A stretch of DNA of 39,128 nt from Akkermansiaceae bacterium (GTDB lineage: Bacteria > Verrucomicrobiota > Verrucomicrobiia > Verrucomicrobiales > Akkermansiaceae): contig JBPOGF010000028.1 in the NCBI GenBank assembly GCA_051251915.1, positions 1-39,128 of the forward strand, in the 5' to 3' direction. Below, one piece after another: positions 10,170 through 18,809 of this stretch. Under the pieces are notes generated by a model, which ran no database searches, was not told the origin of the DNA, and saw nothing but the letters and a program-made list of their open reading frames with translations. A program made the position numbers and the translations under genes. How positions within the stretch are numbered: the first letter of the stretch is position 1; every line of letters starts with the position of its first letter.

Positions 10170-11351
10170 TTAAGGCACAAACCATGTTTCTGATACCACC
10201 TCTAAAATCTCTACACATTGATCAGATTCAGCATCCTTTGGGTAAGCCACTTTCAGCGTCAGCGAGACCGGTTCCTTTTTAGCTTTCTTATTACCAGACT
10301 TCTTAACCAAACGTTTCAATTTCTTATCCACGTCTGAGTCTTTCTCAGCATAACCAATGAGAAATTTCTCAGCTTCATCTCTCAAACTTATTCTGTAAGC
10401 TTGAAACTTGTTGTCATCGCTAAATGCATAAAGGTAAGGTCCATAGTCTATTCTATCCTTCGCTTCTATTCTGAAAACATGCGGCTCAGAGCTCCTGCTC
10501 TCTACAAACTTGTCCCAGTCGGAAGGCTGATAAATCACCGCAGTTTCCCAATCCACCCGGTATGACCCATCGTCTTGTTTCTCTAACAAAAGCATTTTCG
10601 GTTTATCCTGCTGCGTCATTTCACCGCTCATACTACTTACCTTTGCTGAGATAATAGTCACTTCATCCTTCAGAATATCAATTACAGAGGACTTCAGAAT
10701 GCCTTCAAAATGATGATTTGCAAATGTCAGCTCGTGATCATAATGCTTAGTCATTTTCAATAATGTCTCCTCTGAATGTCTGCACCACTTAGCCCGCTCT
10801 TCAATGGTAGTTGCTTCTAGATAACCTTTCACGCATTCCTCAATATTTGCTTCATTCCTAGCATGAGCTGCATCATTTTCTTCAGATTGTAGTACCAGTT
10901 CTTTAAGCTCTTTCTCTCGCTGTTCCTTGATGATCTCCTCTTTACTCAGATTGGTAAATGCCCATATCCCAGCGGCCACCACTAATAGAATACCGACTAT
11001 GATAAACCGATTAACCCAGCTTACATTAGAGCTATTACTTCTGTCCTCGACCCATTGGTCCTCCAATGTAGGCATATTTTCCCGCGCTGTGAGGTCGCTT
11101 TCATTCAATTCTTTGGAACGGAAACTTTTTCCTAGTTCATCATCGTTATCATGCTCAACTCTATCTACTAAAACATCACTCTCAAAAAGCTTAACCTTTT
11201 GAGGCTCCACCAGCTCACCCACGTCCTCGACCTCATCGACTGATAAAGGCAGAACTTCTACCACATCATCGTCTGCTAAACGAAGTTCAGCATCACCAGT
11301 GATCTTGCCATTTAGCTTCTTGTCTTTAGATTTTTTATTACTCATGCTCAA
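10170..11351 (-). CDS. Hypothetical single-pass membrane protein (paralog of 11352-12635)
   Basis: Acidic disordered N-terminus, one TM helix, coiled coil, and a C-terminal domain with YRVDWETAVIYQ and FVESRSSEPHVFR. Confidence 0.8.
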   Translation of the reverse strand: MSMSNKKSKDKKLNGKITGDAELRLADDDVVEVLPLSVDEVEDVGELVEPQKVKLFESDVLVDRVEHDNDDELGKSFRSKELNESDLTARENMPTLEDQWVEDRSNSSNVSWVNRFIIVGILLVVAAGIWAFTNLSKEEIIKEQREKELKELVLQSEENDAAHARNEANIEECVKGYLEATTIEERAKWCRHSEETLLKMTKHYDHELTFANHHFEGILKSSVIDILKDEVTIISAKVSSMSGEMTQQDKPKMLLLEKQDDGSYRVDWETAVIYQPSDWDKFVESRSSEPHVFRIEAKDRIDYGPYLYAFSDDNKFQAYRISLRDEAEKFLIGYAEKDSDVDKKLKRLVKKSGNKKAKKEPVSLTLKVAYPKDAESDQCVEILEVVSETWFVP

Positions 11352-12635
11352 TTATTCGGCTATGTTTATCCATTTTCTAGATACAAGTTCGTCAATCAGT
11401 ATATATTGGTCATTCTCCTTTGGAGAGTCCTCTAAAAATTTAACCTTCAAAATAAAATCGTGACTCACCGCCATATCCAGGACTTGCCTTTTTAAATTCA
11501 GATCTAGGCTAAGGAGTAATTTCTTGTGCGCCTCACTCCCCCTTTTTAGATATCCCCAGAATACCCAATCAGTATCAGGTATGCTCAAACGTAAGACATC
11601 ATACTCAGTGTCAGTAAACCCCCAATTAAAGGTCGCCAGCTTATACATAGGCTCAACTTTGAACCTAAAACTAGTAGCCTCTTTAGAACGAGTCTCTTGA
11701 AAGTGGCCAATATCATTTTCTTGAAAAACAACATCTGCCTTCCAGTCTACTTTATATGCTCCAGCTGGATCTTTCCTCACATAGTAAACTTTTAAGTCTT
11801 TCTCAAGATCGTTCTTATCCTTAATAAATACCTCCCAGAGCTCAGTCTCATCGATTTCCATCGGGAAAATATTATCTATCCTATAGTCAGTTGATGGTTT
11901 CGGGCCTCCGTTCTCTTTATAGTATGCCTCAATATCAGACCTTAATGAATCTGCTTTATAGATACTCTCGCATTTTTGGTCCACAGTGTTCGCGGTAAAA
12001 TATTGATGCATCAGCGTATCCACACTCTGTAATTGCTGTTCTAGTTCAAGTTTACTTAGTTCTTTCTGTTCTGTCTCTACTTCTTGAGCTAAAAGTTCTT
12101 CCTCATTTCCCCGCGTACCATTCGTAGATTGCCACAGGGCCCATGCTCCAGCCATTGACACTAGAGCTATGAATGAGCACATGACCCAGATGGACTTCTT
12201 ATTTTGCGTTTCCTTAGCTGCACCAAGTGGTTCTTCCCAGATCTCCTCCACAGTCTTTTGCTGAGCTATCTCAGCGGTTAATGCAGATTCTGAAGGCTCG
12301 CTCATCCGCATTCGGTAAAGACTCGCTTTAGACATCGTAGGTTGGCTTAAGGCCTTTTGCACCTCATCTTTTAATCCCTTCTGAAAGCTTTTTCTCTCCT
12401 CATCAAACAAGCTATCAAGCTCCCTATCGTCCTCAAATAAAATATCTAGAGACGAATCTCTTTTTTCATTATCTTTCTCAAATAACCGGTCAATCTCATC
12501 ATCAACCATCCCTGACTCTTCAGCAAAGGTTGTATCCAAATCCTCTTCACCCTCAATAATAGGATCTAGCCTTTCGATGATTTCTTCAGAATCATCTCTT
12601 TTTTTGTCCACTCCGTTATTTTTCTTCTCCGCCAT
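11352..12635 (-). CDS. Hypothetical single-pass membrane protein (paralog of 10170-11351)
   Basis: Same architecture, with YKVDWKADVVFQ and FQETRSKEATSFR; abuts the downstream gene. Confidence 0.8.
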   Translation of the reverse strand: MAEKKNNGVDKKRDDSEEIIERLDPIIEGEEDLDTTFAEESGMVDDEIDRLFEKDNEKRDSSLDILFEDDRELDSLFDEERKSFQKGLKDEVQKALSQPTMSKASLYRMRMSEPSESALTAEIAQQKTVEEIWEEPLGAAKETQNKKSIWVMCSFIALVSMAGAWALWQSTNGTRGNEEELLAQEVETEQKELSKLELEQQLQSVDTLMHQYFTANTVDQKCESIYKADSLRSDIEAYYKENGGPKPSTDYRIDNIFPMEIDETELWEVFIKDKNDLEKDLKVYYVRKDPAGAYKVDWKADVVFQENDIGHFQETRSKEATSFRFKVEPMYKLATFNWGFTDTEYDVLRLSIPDTDWVFWGYLKRGSEAHKKLLLSLDLNLKRQVLDMAVSHDFILKVKFLEDSPKENDQYILIDELVSRKWINIAE

Positions 12636-12714
12636 TTACTTACCTTATTCCTATACACACACTCTTCACAAAATCTGTATAGACGCAACTTAGAATCCTG
12701 TTATAACCAGAAAA

Positions 12715-13851
12715 ATGTCTGAAACCGAATTACCCAGAATTATTATTACCACCGCCGGTTTCGGTGATGGCCATAATAGCGCAGCATACAATTTAGCAGC
12801 CGCGCTTGAGAAATATGCTGAAGCTGAGGTGATTGATCCCTGTGCATTAGGTTCTCCTAGGCTCAATTCTAAACTAAGATCATTCTATCGTTTCGTCACT
12901 ACCCACACCCCTAAATTCTGGCATAGAATTTACCGTTCGGTTGAGAAACATGACTTCTCAAAAGAAAAATTCCCCTTCATGCGTAAGCCGGAAGATACTC
13001 TCAACCAGATCATTCTGAGTTTTGAGCCACAAGCCATCGTGAGCACCTACCCGCTCTATCCATACTACGTTGAGCGCTCATTTGCTAAAGGCGTCTCACG
13101 TGTTCCCGTCATCACACTGATCACTGACTCCATAGAAATTAACGCCGCTTGGAGAGATGCACCATCGGACTATTTCCTCGTTACGGACGAATTCACCAGA
13201 ACATCACTCATAGCCTCAGGGGTTGCTGAGAATAAAGTGATCGTCACAGGTTTCGCCGTACACCCCAGATTCACAGCACTAAAGTCCATCGAGACCTACA
13301 CTCCTGACACCCCCTTCAAAGTCCTCTATTTCCCCACCTCAAAAAAGCCCATCATCCGCAGGATCATGCGAGCCATCCTAGAATCAAAAGATGCCAACAC
13401 TGAAATCACAGTAGTTCTAGGTAGAAATGTCAGAAAACTTTACGATCGAGTCCGTGAAATCCAGCTACAATATCCTGGTCGAGTCCAGATTAAAGGATGG
13501 ACCCGACGTGTCCCCGAGCTCCTAACCTCCCACCACCTCGTAATAGGTAAAGCAGGAGGCGCTACCGTGCACGAAACTATCGCAGCAGCCTGTCCTATGC
13601 TTATCCATCATCTAGTACCCGGCCAAGAAGAAGGTAACTTAGCATTACTAGAAAAGATCCAAGGCGGGTTTTATACCGAAACACCAGAAGACATAGGAAA
13701 TGCCATCACTCACATTCTAAAAGACGATGCAGCCCTCTGGAAAAGCATGAAACACAATCTCACACAACACGCTAAACCCGCAGGCTCCATCTCCGCAGCT
13801 CAATTCATCATCAAGACAATCGAAAACTACGACTATGACCTACCTATTTGA
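12715..13851 (+). CDS. MGDG-synthase/UgtP-like diacylglycerol glycosyltransferase (GT28)
   Basis: TAGFGDGHNSAA, IVSTYP, LITD, IGKAGGATVHE and PGQEEGN motifs. Confidence 0.85.
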   Translation: MSETELPRIIITTAGFGDGHNSAAYNLAAALEKYAEAEVIDPCALGSPRLNSKLRSFYRFVTTHTPKFWHRIYRSVEKHDFSKEKFPFMRKPEDTLNQIILSFEPQAIVSTYPLYPYYVERSFAKGVSRVPVITLITDSIEINAAWRDAPSDYFLVTDEFTRTSLIASGVAENKVIVTGFAVHPRFTALKSIETYTPDTPFKVLYFPTSKKPIIRRIMRAILESKDANTEITVVLGRNVRKLYDRVREIQLQYPGRVQIKGWTRRVPELLTSHHLVIGKAGGATVHETIAAACPMLIHHLVPGQEEGNLALLEKIQGGFYTETPEDIGNAITHILKDDAALWKSMKHNLTQHAKPAGSISAAQFIIKTIENYDYDLPI

Positions 13852-14425
13852 CATCGGCAATGTGCTCCTCGCATTTGACTTCTTACCTGCCCTCAACTCC
13901 CTCAAAGGAGAAAATCCTGCACCAGATGCGATCGAACAGATCCTACTGAAAAAGGATCCATTCGAAGCTGGAGAAATCCCCCTAGCTGAATACGTTCAAC
14001 TACTACGAGACCTACTAGATTATCAGGGTAGCGACACAGACCTCTTCAACGCATGGAACTCTATCTTCACTGAAATACCAGCCACTTTCCAACTAGCTGA
14101 ATCACTGAAAAACCAAGGACATCGGCTCATTCTATTTTCAAATACCAATCCCATCCATGGACCTTACTGCACAGAAAAACACCATTTATCGGAACGCTTC
14201 GACCACGCAGTTTTCTCATATGAGATCAATGCCATCAAACCTCATGACGACTTCTTCACGCGTGCATTTGAGAAATTCCAAATCATTCCAGAAGAAACCA
14301 TTTATATCGATGACCTCCCTGAAAATATCGCAGCAGGCAAGCGTCATGGCCTCCGCTCATTCTGCTATGACCACCGCAAACACGATGAACTTCTGGCATG
14401 GCTAGAAACTCAAACCATTGAATAA
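13835..14425 (+). CDS. HAD-superfamily phosphatase (YihX-like)
   Basis: FDIGNVL motif I, SNTN, KP, YIDD; overlaps the upstream gene by 17 bp. Confidence 0.85.
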   Translation: MTYLFDIGNVLLAFDFLPALNSLKGENPAPDAIEQILLKKDPFEAGEIPLAEYVQLLRDLLDYQGSDTDLFNAWNSIFTEIPATFQLAESLKNQGHRLILFSNTNPIHGPYCTEKHHLSERFDHAVFSYEINAIKPHDDFFTRAFEKFQIIPEETIYIDDLPENIAAGKRHGLRSFCYDHRKHDELLAWLETQTIE

Positions 14426-14431
14426 CCTCCC

Positions 14432-15328
14432 ATGGAACAACCAGAAAAGCTTATCTATTCATCATTTGACAACGACCAGTTCGACTACCTCAAATGGACC
14501 AACTCCACCACCCCGCAAACCGTTATTATCGGCGTGCACGGCATCAACGGCGCAGCCCAAGACTACGATAACTTGGCATCATACCTCACGGAAAATCACC
14601 AAAGCATCACCATCTACGCCCCAGAAACTCGCGGCCAAGGAAATGACCGTAATATAAAACGCCGTGGCGATATTTACCGCACAGAAGAGTGGTTCAAAGA
14701 TCTCAGAACCTTCACCCTCATGGTCAAAACAAATCACCCAGATGCGGAAATAATCTGGTGCGGTGAAAGCATGGGGTCATTGATCGTCACCCACGCATTG
14801 TGCGAGCAAAAGACCCCCAGTCCAGACAGAGTCATCCTTCTTGCTCCCGTCGTAAGCCTTCGCCCTCACCTCCCACTATGGAAGCACAAGCTAGCTAACA
14901 CCATATCCTACATACTTCCTCGCTTCAGAGTTTCTCTCAATCAGTTTTCAGGAGAACAAGCAGTCAAAGTCACCCAAGGTGGTGATAGCCATGATGAACA
15001 AGCCGCAACAAATTCCTATTTCATCGAGAAATTCACACTCCGCTTACTAGCGACCCTAGGAAATCTAATATCTGGCATGCACTCTCTAGCACAAGGAATG
15101 AACTGCCCCATCATGGTTATCAATGGTGGCCATGACTACTTCACACCTCCAGAAAATGCCCTCGAGTTCTACAAGCACATCCCACCTATACCTGGAAATG
15201 AACACGTCTACTACCCAGATTCCTACCACCTCCTCATGTATGATAGCCACCGTGAGCAGATATTCAGCGAGATTTCCCAATGGATCAGTAATAGAATCGG
15301 CATTAAAAAGAGTCGCTCCGTAAATTAG
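14432..15328 (+). CDS. Alpha/beta hydrolase, lysophospholipase/monoacylglycerol lipase-like
   Basis: VHG oxyanion motif, RGQG, GESMG nucleophile elbow, Asp in GGHD, His in SYHLL. Confidence 0.85.
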   Translation: MEQPEKLIYSSFDNDQFDYLKWTNSTTPQTVIIGVHGINGAAQDYDNLASYLTENHQSITIYAPETRGQGNDRNIKRRGDIYRTEEWFKDLRTFTLMVKTNHPDAEIIWCGESMGSLIVTHALCEQKTPSPDRVILLAPVVSLRPHLPLWKHKLANTISYILPRFRVSLNQFSGEQAVKVTQGGDSHDEQAATNSYFIEKFTLRLLATLGNLISGMHSLAQGMNCPIMVINGGHDYFTPPENALEFYKHIPPIPGNEHVYYPDSYHLLMYDSHREQIFSEISQWISNRIGIKKSRSVN

Positions 15329-15378
15329 CGAAAAACTCGCTTGCCTAAGAAAACTTTTCCTCTCATAAACACCTAGCC

Positions 15379-15807
15379 ATGAACAAATTCATTATCTCTT
15401 CATCTATTCTTAGCTTCGGTCTCCTAGCCAGTTGCTCCACTATCAGTGGCTACCGCCAAGACCCAGACACTTGGGGAAAAAAAGGTAAAAAAGAGAAGGT
15501 TCAGAAAGTTTCAACATCTGCTGAGCGTCCTAAGCTACGTCCTGTTACTCAGCCTCAACCCAGCAATATCGCTCCGGCTGTAGTAAACAATAACGTCAAC
15601 AGGGTGTCTAAAAAAACAGCTCAAAAAGGCAGAACGATTGAAGGAATGATTGAGCCCAATGTTACCAAACTACCAGACAACAAAGATCTCCAAGAATCTA
15701 ACAACATTGCACCTATTCCCGTGCAGCCAAAACTAGAATCCCCAGTGGCACCATTGCTTCCTAACGATTTCATTGATCCCACAAGTCCGCTACCATCAGA
15801 TTTCTAG
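15379..15807 (+). CDS. Hypothetical Pro-rich lipoprotein
   Basis: Lipobox LASC; low-complexity Pro/Lys-rich mature part. Confidence 0.65.
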   Translation: MNKFIISSSILSFGLLASCSTISGYRQDPDTWGKKGKKEKVQKVSTSAERPKLRPVTQPQPSNIAPAVVNNNVNRVSKKTAQKGRTIEGMIEPNVTKLPDNKDLQESNNIAPIPVQPKLESPVAPLLPNDFIDPTSPLPSDF

Positions 15808-15812
15808 TAGCC

Positions 15813-16220
15813 CTAATACTTCGCTCGGATAGAAAAGTTACCTCTCCGGTAGTTTAGATGAAGACCAGATCTAGCAGGCCTGCTAGGTCGGTAACACCCC
15901 TGATAATACGGGGTCGCTCGATAGTAGCCATAATGATTCCCTCTATATGGGTAATAGCGGGCTGCACGAGGTTTCAAAACACTTAGCTCTGGCCTGAGCA
16001 CTAATGCTTTCGGGATGATAGAACTCTCCTCTGCTTTCGAAGCAACCTTGGTTTGCTCTTCATCCATCACCTCTTTCCTGATCACTCTCTTCCCATCTAT
16101 AACCACTGGCCGGCCTTCTGAGTCATACCATGTCTGAGCGCTAACAGCTGGTGCCGTGAGCACCACCAGGGAAAAACTTACCCCAACCATAGCTAAAATC
16201 ATATTTAGGTTTGTTCTCAT
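15813..16220 (-). CDS. Hypothetical secreted protein with Tyr/Arg-rich C-terminus
   Basis: Signal peptide (VSA-QT); stop tightly convergent with the preceding gene. Confidence 0.6.
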   Translation of the reverse strand: MRTNLNMILAMVGVSFSLVVLTAPAVSAQTWYDSEGRPVVIDGKRVIRKEVMDEEQTKVASKAEESSIIPKALVLRPELSVLKPRAARYYPYRGNHYGYYRATPYYQGCYRPSRPARSGLHLNYRRGNFSIRAKY

Positions 16221-16270
16221 GGCCTTATCCTACCACAATAGTATGATAACATCAAATACCCGATGAGATA

Positions 16271-17155
16271 ATGAACCACCCTGCCAAACTAACAGCTAAC
16301 GTAAAGACCAGATTCGCCCCCTCACCTACGGGCCATCTACATCTGGGACACCTCTACGCAGCACAGGTGGCACATGACCTCGCTCGCAAGTTCGGCGGGC
16401 AGTATCTACTCAGATTTGAAGACATAGATAAAACACGCGTCAGGGACGAATACTATGACTCCATTCTAGAAGACTTAGAATTCTTCAACCTTCAACACGA
16501 CACCCCTCCCATCAGTCAGCTTCAGAGTGATCGCGTCACAGCCTACTCAGCCGCACTCGATCAGTTAGAAGACATCGGCGTCACCTACCCATGTTTCTGT
16601 AGCCGAAAAGATGTTCACCGAGAAATAGCATCCCTCACCAATGCTCCACACGGAAACCATCTCAGTGCACAATACTATCCCGGCACCTGTAAAAAACTTA
16701 CCTCCAGTGAACGCGCAGACCAAATCGCCCAAGGAAAAACGCCATCCATTCGTATCGATACCCAAAAGGCTAAGGAACTCACCGGCAAGCTCATATTCAC
16801 CGATATCATCCATGGCGAAATCGTCGTTAATCACGACCTCCTAGGCGATAGCGTTCTCGCCCGCAGAGACATCGGCACATCGTATCACATAGCCTCCGTA
16901 GTAGATGATGCTTTCCAAGAAATCACCCACGTCACTCGCGGTGATGACCTACTAGAGTCCACACATATTCATCGCGTTCTTCAAGCCTTGTTAGGACTCC
17001 CTGAGCCCATTTACATGCATCATGCACTGATACTCGATGATGACCATGAGCGCCTCGCAAAACGCGCGAATTCTGTATCCATAAAAGAACTAAGAAAACA
17101 AGGTCATAACGTAGATTCATTAAATGCAATAATTCAGCAACAATTATCGAGCTGA
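16271..17155 (+). CDS. gluQ: tRNA glutamyl-Q(34) synthetase (GluQRS)
   Basis: RFAPSPTGHLHLGH, LRFEDID, YPCFCSR, YPGTC, SYHIASVVDD, RGDDL and LAKR motifs; lacks the anticodon-binding domain (294 aa). Confidence 0.9.
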   Translation: MNHPAKLTANVKTRFAPSPTGHLHLGHLYAAQVAHDLARKFGGQYLLRFEDIDKTRVRDEYYDSILEDLEFFNLQHDTPPISQLQSDRVTAYSAALDQLEDIGVTYPCFCSRKDVHREIASLTNAPHGNHLSAQYYPGTCKKLTSSERADQIAQGKTPSIRIDTQKAKELTGKLIFTDIIHGEIVVNHDLLGDSVLARRDIGTSYHIASVVDDAFQEITHVTRGDDLLESTHIHRVLQALLGLPEPIYMHHALILDDDHERLAKRANSVSIKELRKQGHNVDSLNAIIQQQLSS

Positions 17156-17177
17156 AAGTCATAAACAAAACATAGGT

Positions 17178-17264
17178 AAAAAAAATAAGCGACCCGCTTG
17201 ATAAGCTGCTGGAAAAACCCAAAACCAAACAGTAACTCAACCGGGCCGCCTAATGTTTGTCGAC
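17178..17264 (-). ncRNA. Candidate small RNA (~87 nt): long interrupted hairpin with U/G-rich loop ending in U8
   Basis: Minus-strand stem UAGGCGGCCCG/CGGGUCGCUUA with G-U pairs, inner stems UUGA/UCAA and GUUACUG/CAGCAGC, loop UUUGGUUUUGGGUUUUUC, 8-U tail; promoter-like element immediately upstream. Confidence 0.5.
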
Positions 17265-17270
17265 AGGGAG

Positions 17271-17298
17271 AAATTAACAAATTCTTCCCGTATGACAA
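17271..17298 (-). promoter_or_regulatory. Sigma70-type promoter for the candidate sRNA
   Basis: TTGTCA-16 nt-TAATTT with extended -10 TG; same spacing as the rpsT promoter in this window. Confidence 0.55.
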
Positions 17299-17355
17299 GT
17301 CTTTTCAGACAGAATTAAAGTATAATTTTGAAACAGCTGTTTGACTATACTCCTA

Positions 17356-18762
17356 CTAATACAAATGTACTAAATACTGTTCTTTGAGCCCACTCCCCTT
17401 AAGTCGCACTAGGTAAGTTCCTTTTCTAGTTATGGGTTCACTGTCAGGTTCAAAAACAATGGTATCACTGTAGATGTATTTAAAAGCCACCTTAAGCTCT
17501 CTGCCATCCGGTTCATCATTCCAGCTCGGTGCTTTCTCATCAAATTTCTTCAACTTCCACACCTGCACCAAACAATCACTTGGAGCAGATCCTTCCACAA
17601 TGTGATAGCTCCAGCCATTCCCGTGCAAATATTTCACTGGATAAAACCCATGCCCAGGATAAGAATAATTCTTACGCCCACCTCGATCTGAGTGATCCAT
17701 CGAATACATCGCAGAATACGAGCCCTTTATACCAAACCCAGTCTTACCCATCCGATGATTGATACACCACCTACGGTGCCCGCGTCTCTCTCGGTTATTA
17801 GCACCAGCATCATTCATATACTGAGTCACACTACCCGCCATAGTCATCCTTCCCCCATTCATTGCCAAGTTACATTTATCAGTCGAATGACCGAACCCGT
17901 GCGAAAGCTCACCTTTTTCACTACAAATAGAAGCAGCATCAGCGGCCATTTCTATCATCTTCTTATCAGCCTTCACATCATATGGCACCCTACTTAGGAA
18001 CCGATACACGTTAAGTAGGTTTACAGCATCTTGCACCTCCGCCGTGACCCCATTAGGTGCCTCACGAGCTTCGATCTCCTTAATTGTATCTCGTATCTCT
18101 TTCTTCACCTCTTTAGGAGCAAACCCATCATCCACAAATTCTTCAGAACCTACATCCACATCCGCCACTTTCTCACTCTCGTCTTCAGCGGACTCATCCA
18201 CTAATTGCTGCCCGCTCAGTTTCAACTGCTCAAGCCCAAAGTCACGCTCATAAAAGATCACCTCTATACGATCCGGCTTCACTCCTATATTCGCAGAAAG
18301 CACCACTACCGTCGTATCCAGGCGCCATGCCTTTCTCAGATGCTTCACTTTGCCATTCATCATCACAGGCACTTTGACTCCATCTGACCTCAATTTCTCA
18401 GTGATCAGTTTATTCCACCTAGCGGCCTCTGCATCAAAGTCGCTTTTTTTAGTAAATAAAGCAGTTCCCTGATCAAGTACAGTTAGCTTAACACTAACAA
18501 TTTTACCTTTGTTTTGCTGTAAATCCACATGATGAACCGGCTGTCCCCAGAAAGTGAGCCCTTTGCTTTGGTGCACAAACGAACCACTTTCCTCACCCTG
18601 TTCCCAAGACAAGTTAGGGAACTTCTTTGAAATTTTATATTTATTCGATTTCCAAATATCAGAATTTGACGTCAATGGCTCCAAACTCACAGCTTCCGCC
18701 TGCGATACCCCCATCATGGAACACCCGCTAGCAACGACAAGAGATAATAATCCTTTATACAT
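17356..18762 (-). CDS. Secreted CAP (SCP/PR-1)-domain protein
   Basis: Signal peptide from ATG 18762; LLNVYRFL, LSH, GHRRWCIN and MGKTGFG CAP motifs. Confidence 0.75.
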   Translation of the reverse strand: MYKGLLSLVVASGCSMMGVSQAEAVSLEPLTSNSDIWKSNKYKISKKFPNLSWEQGEESGSFVHQSKGLTFWGQPVHHVDLQQNKGKIVSVKLTVLDQGTALFTKKSDFDAEAARWNKLITEKLRSDGVKVPVMMNGKVKHLRKAWRLDTTVVVLSANIGVKPDRIEVIFYERDFGLEQLKLSGQQLVDESAEDESEKVADVDVGSEEFVDDGFAPKEVKKEIRDTIKEIEAREAPNGVTAEVQDAVNLLNVYRFLSRVPYDVKADKKMIEMAADAASICSEKGELSHGFGHSTDKCNLAMNGGRMTMAGSVTQYMNDAGANNRERRGHRRWCINHRMGKTGFGIKGSYSAMYSMDHSDRGGRKNYSYPGHGFYPVKYLHGNGWSYHIVEGSAPSDCLVQVWKLKKFDEKAPSWNDEPDGRELKVAFKYIYSDTIVFEPDSEPITRKGTYLVRLKGSGLKEQYLVHLY

Positions 18763-18809
18763 ACGAGAACCGTGCAACGGCTAGTACCGTATTTCCAGTT
18801 AAAATTACA

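Noticed and set aside
16271..17155. Truncated glutamyl-tRNA synthetase pseudogene
   Set aside because: Length and motifs are normal for GluQRS, which naturally lacks the anticodon domain.
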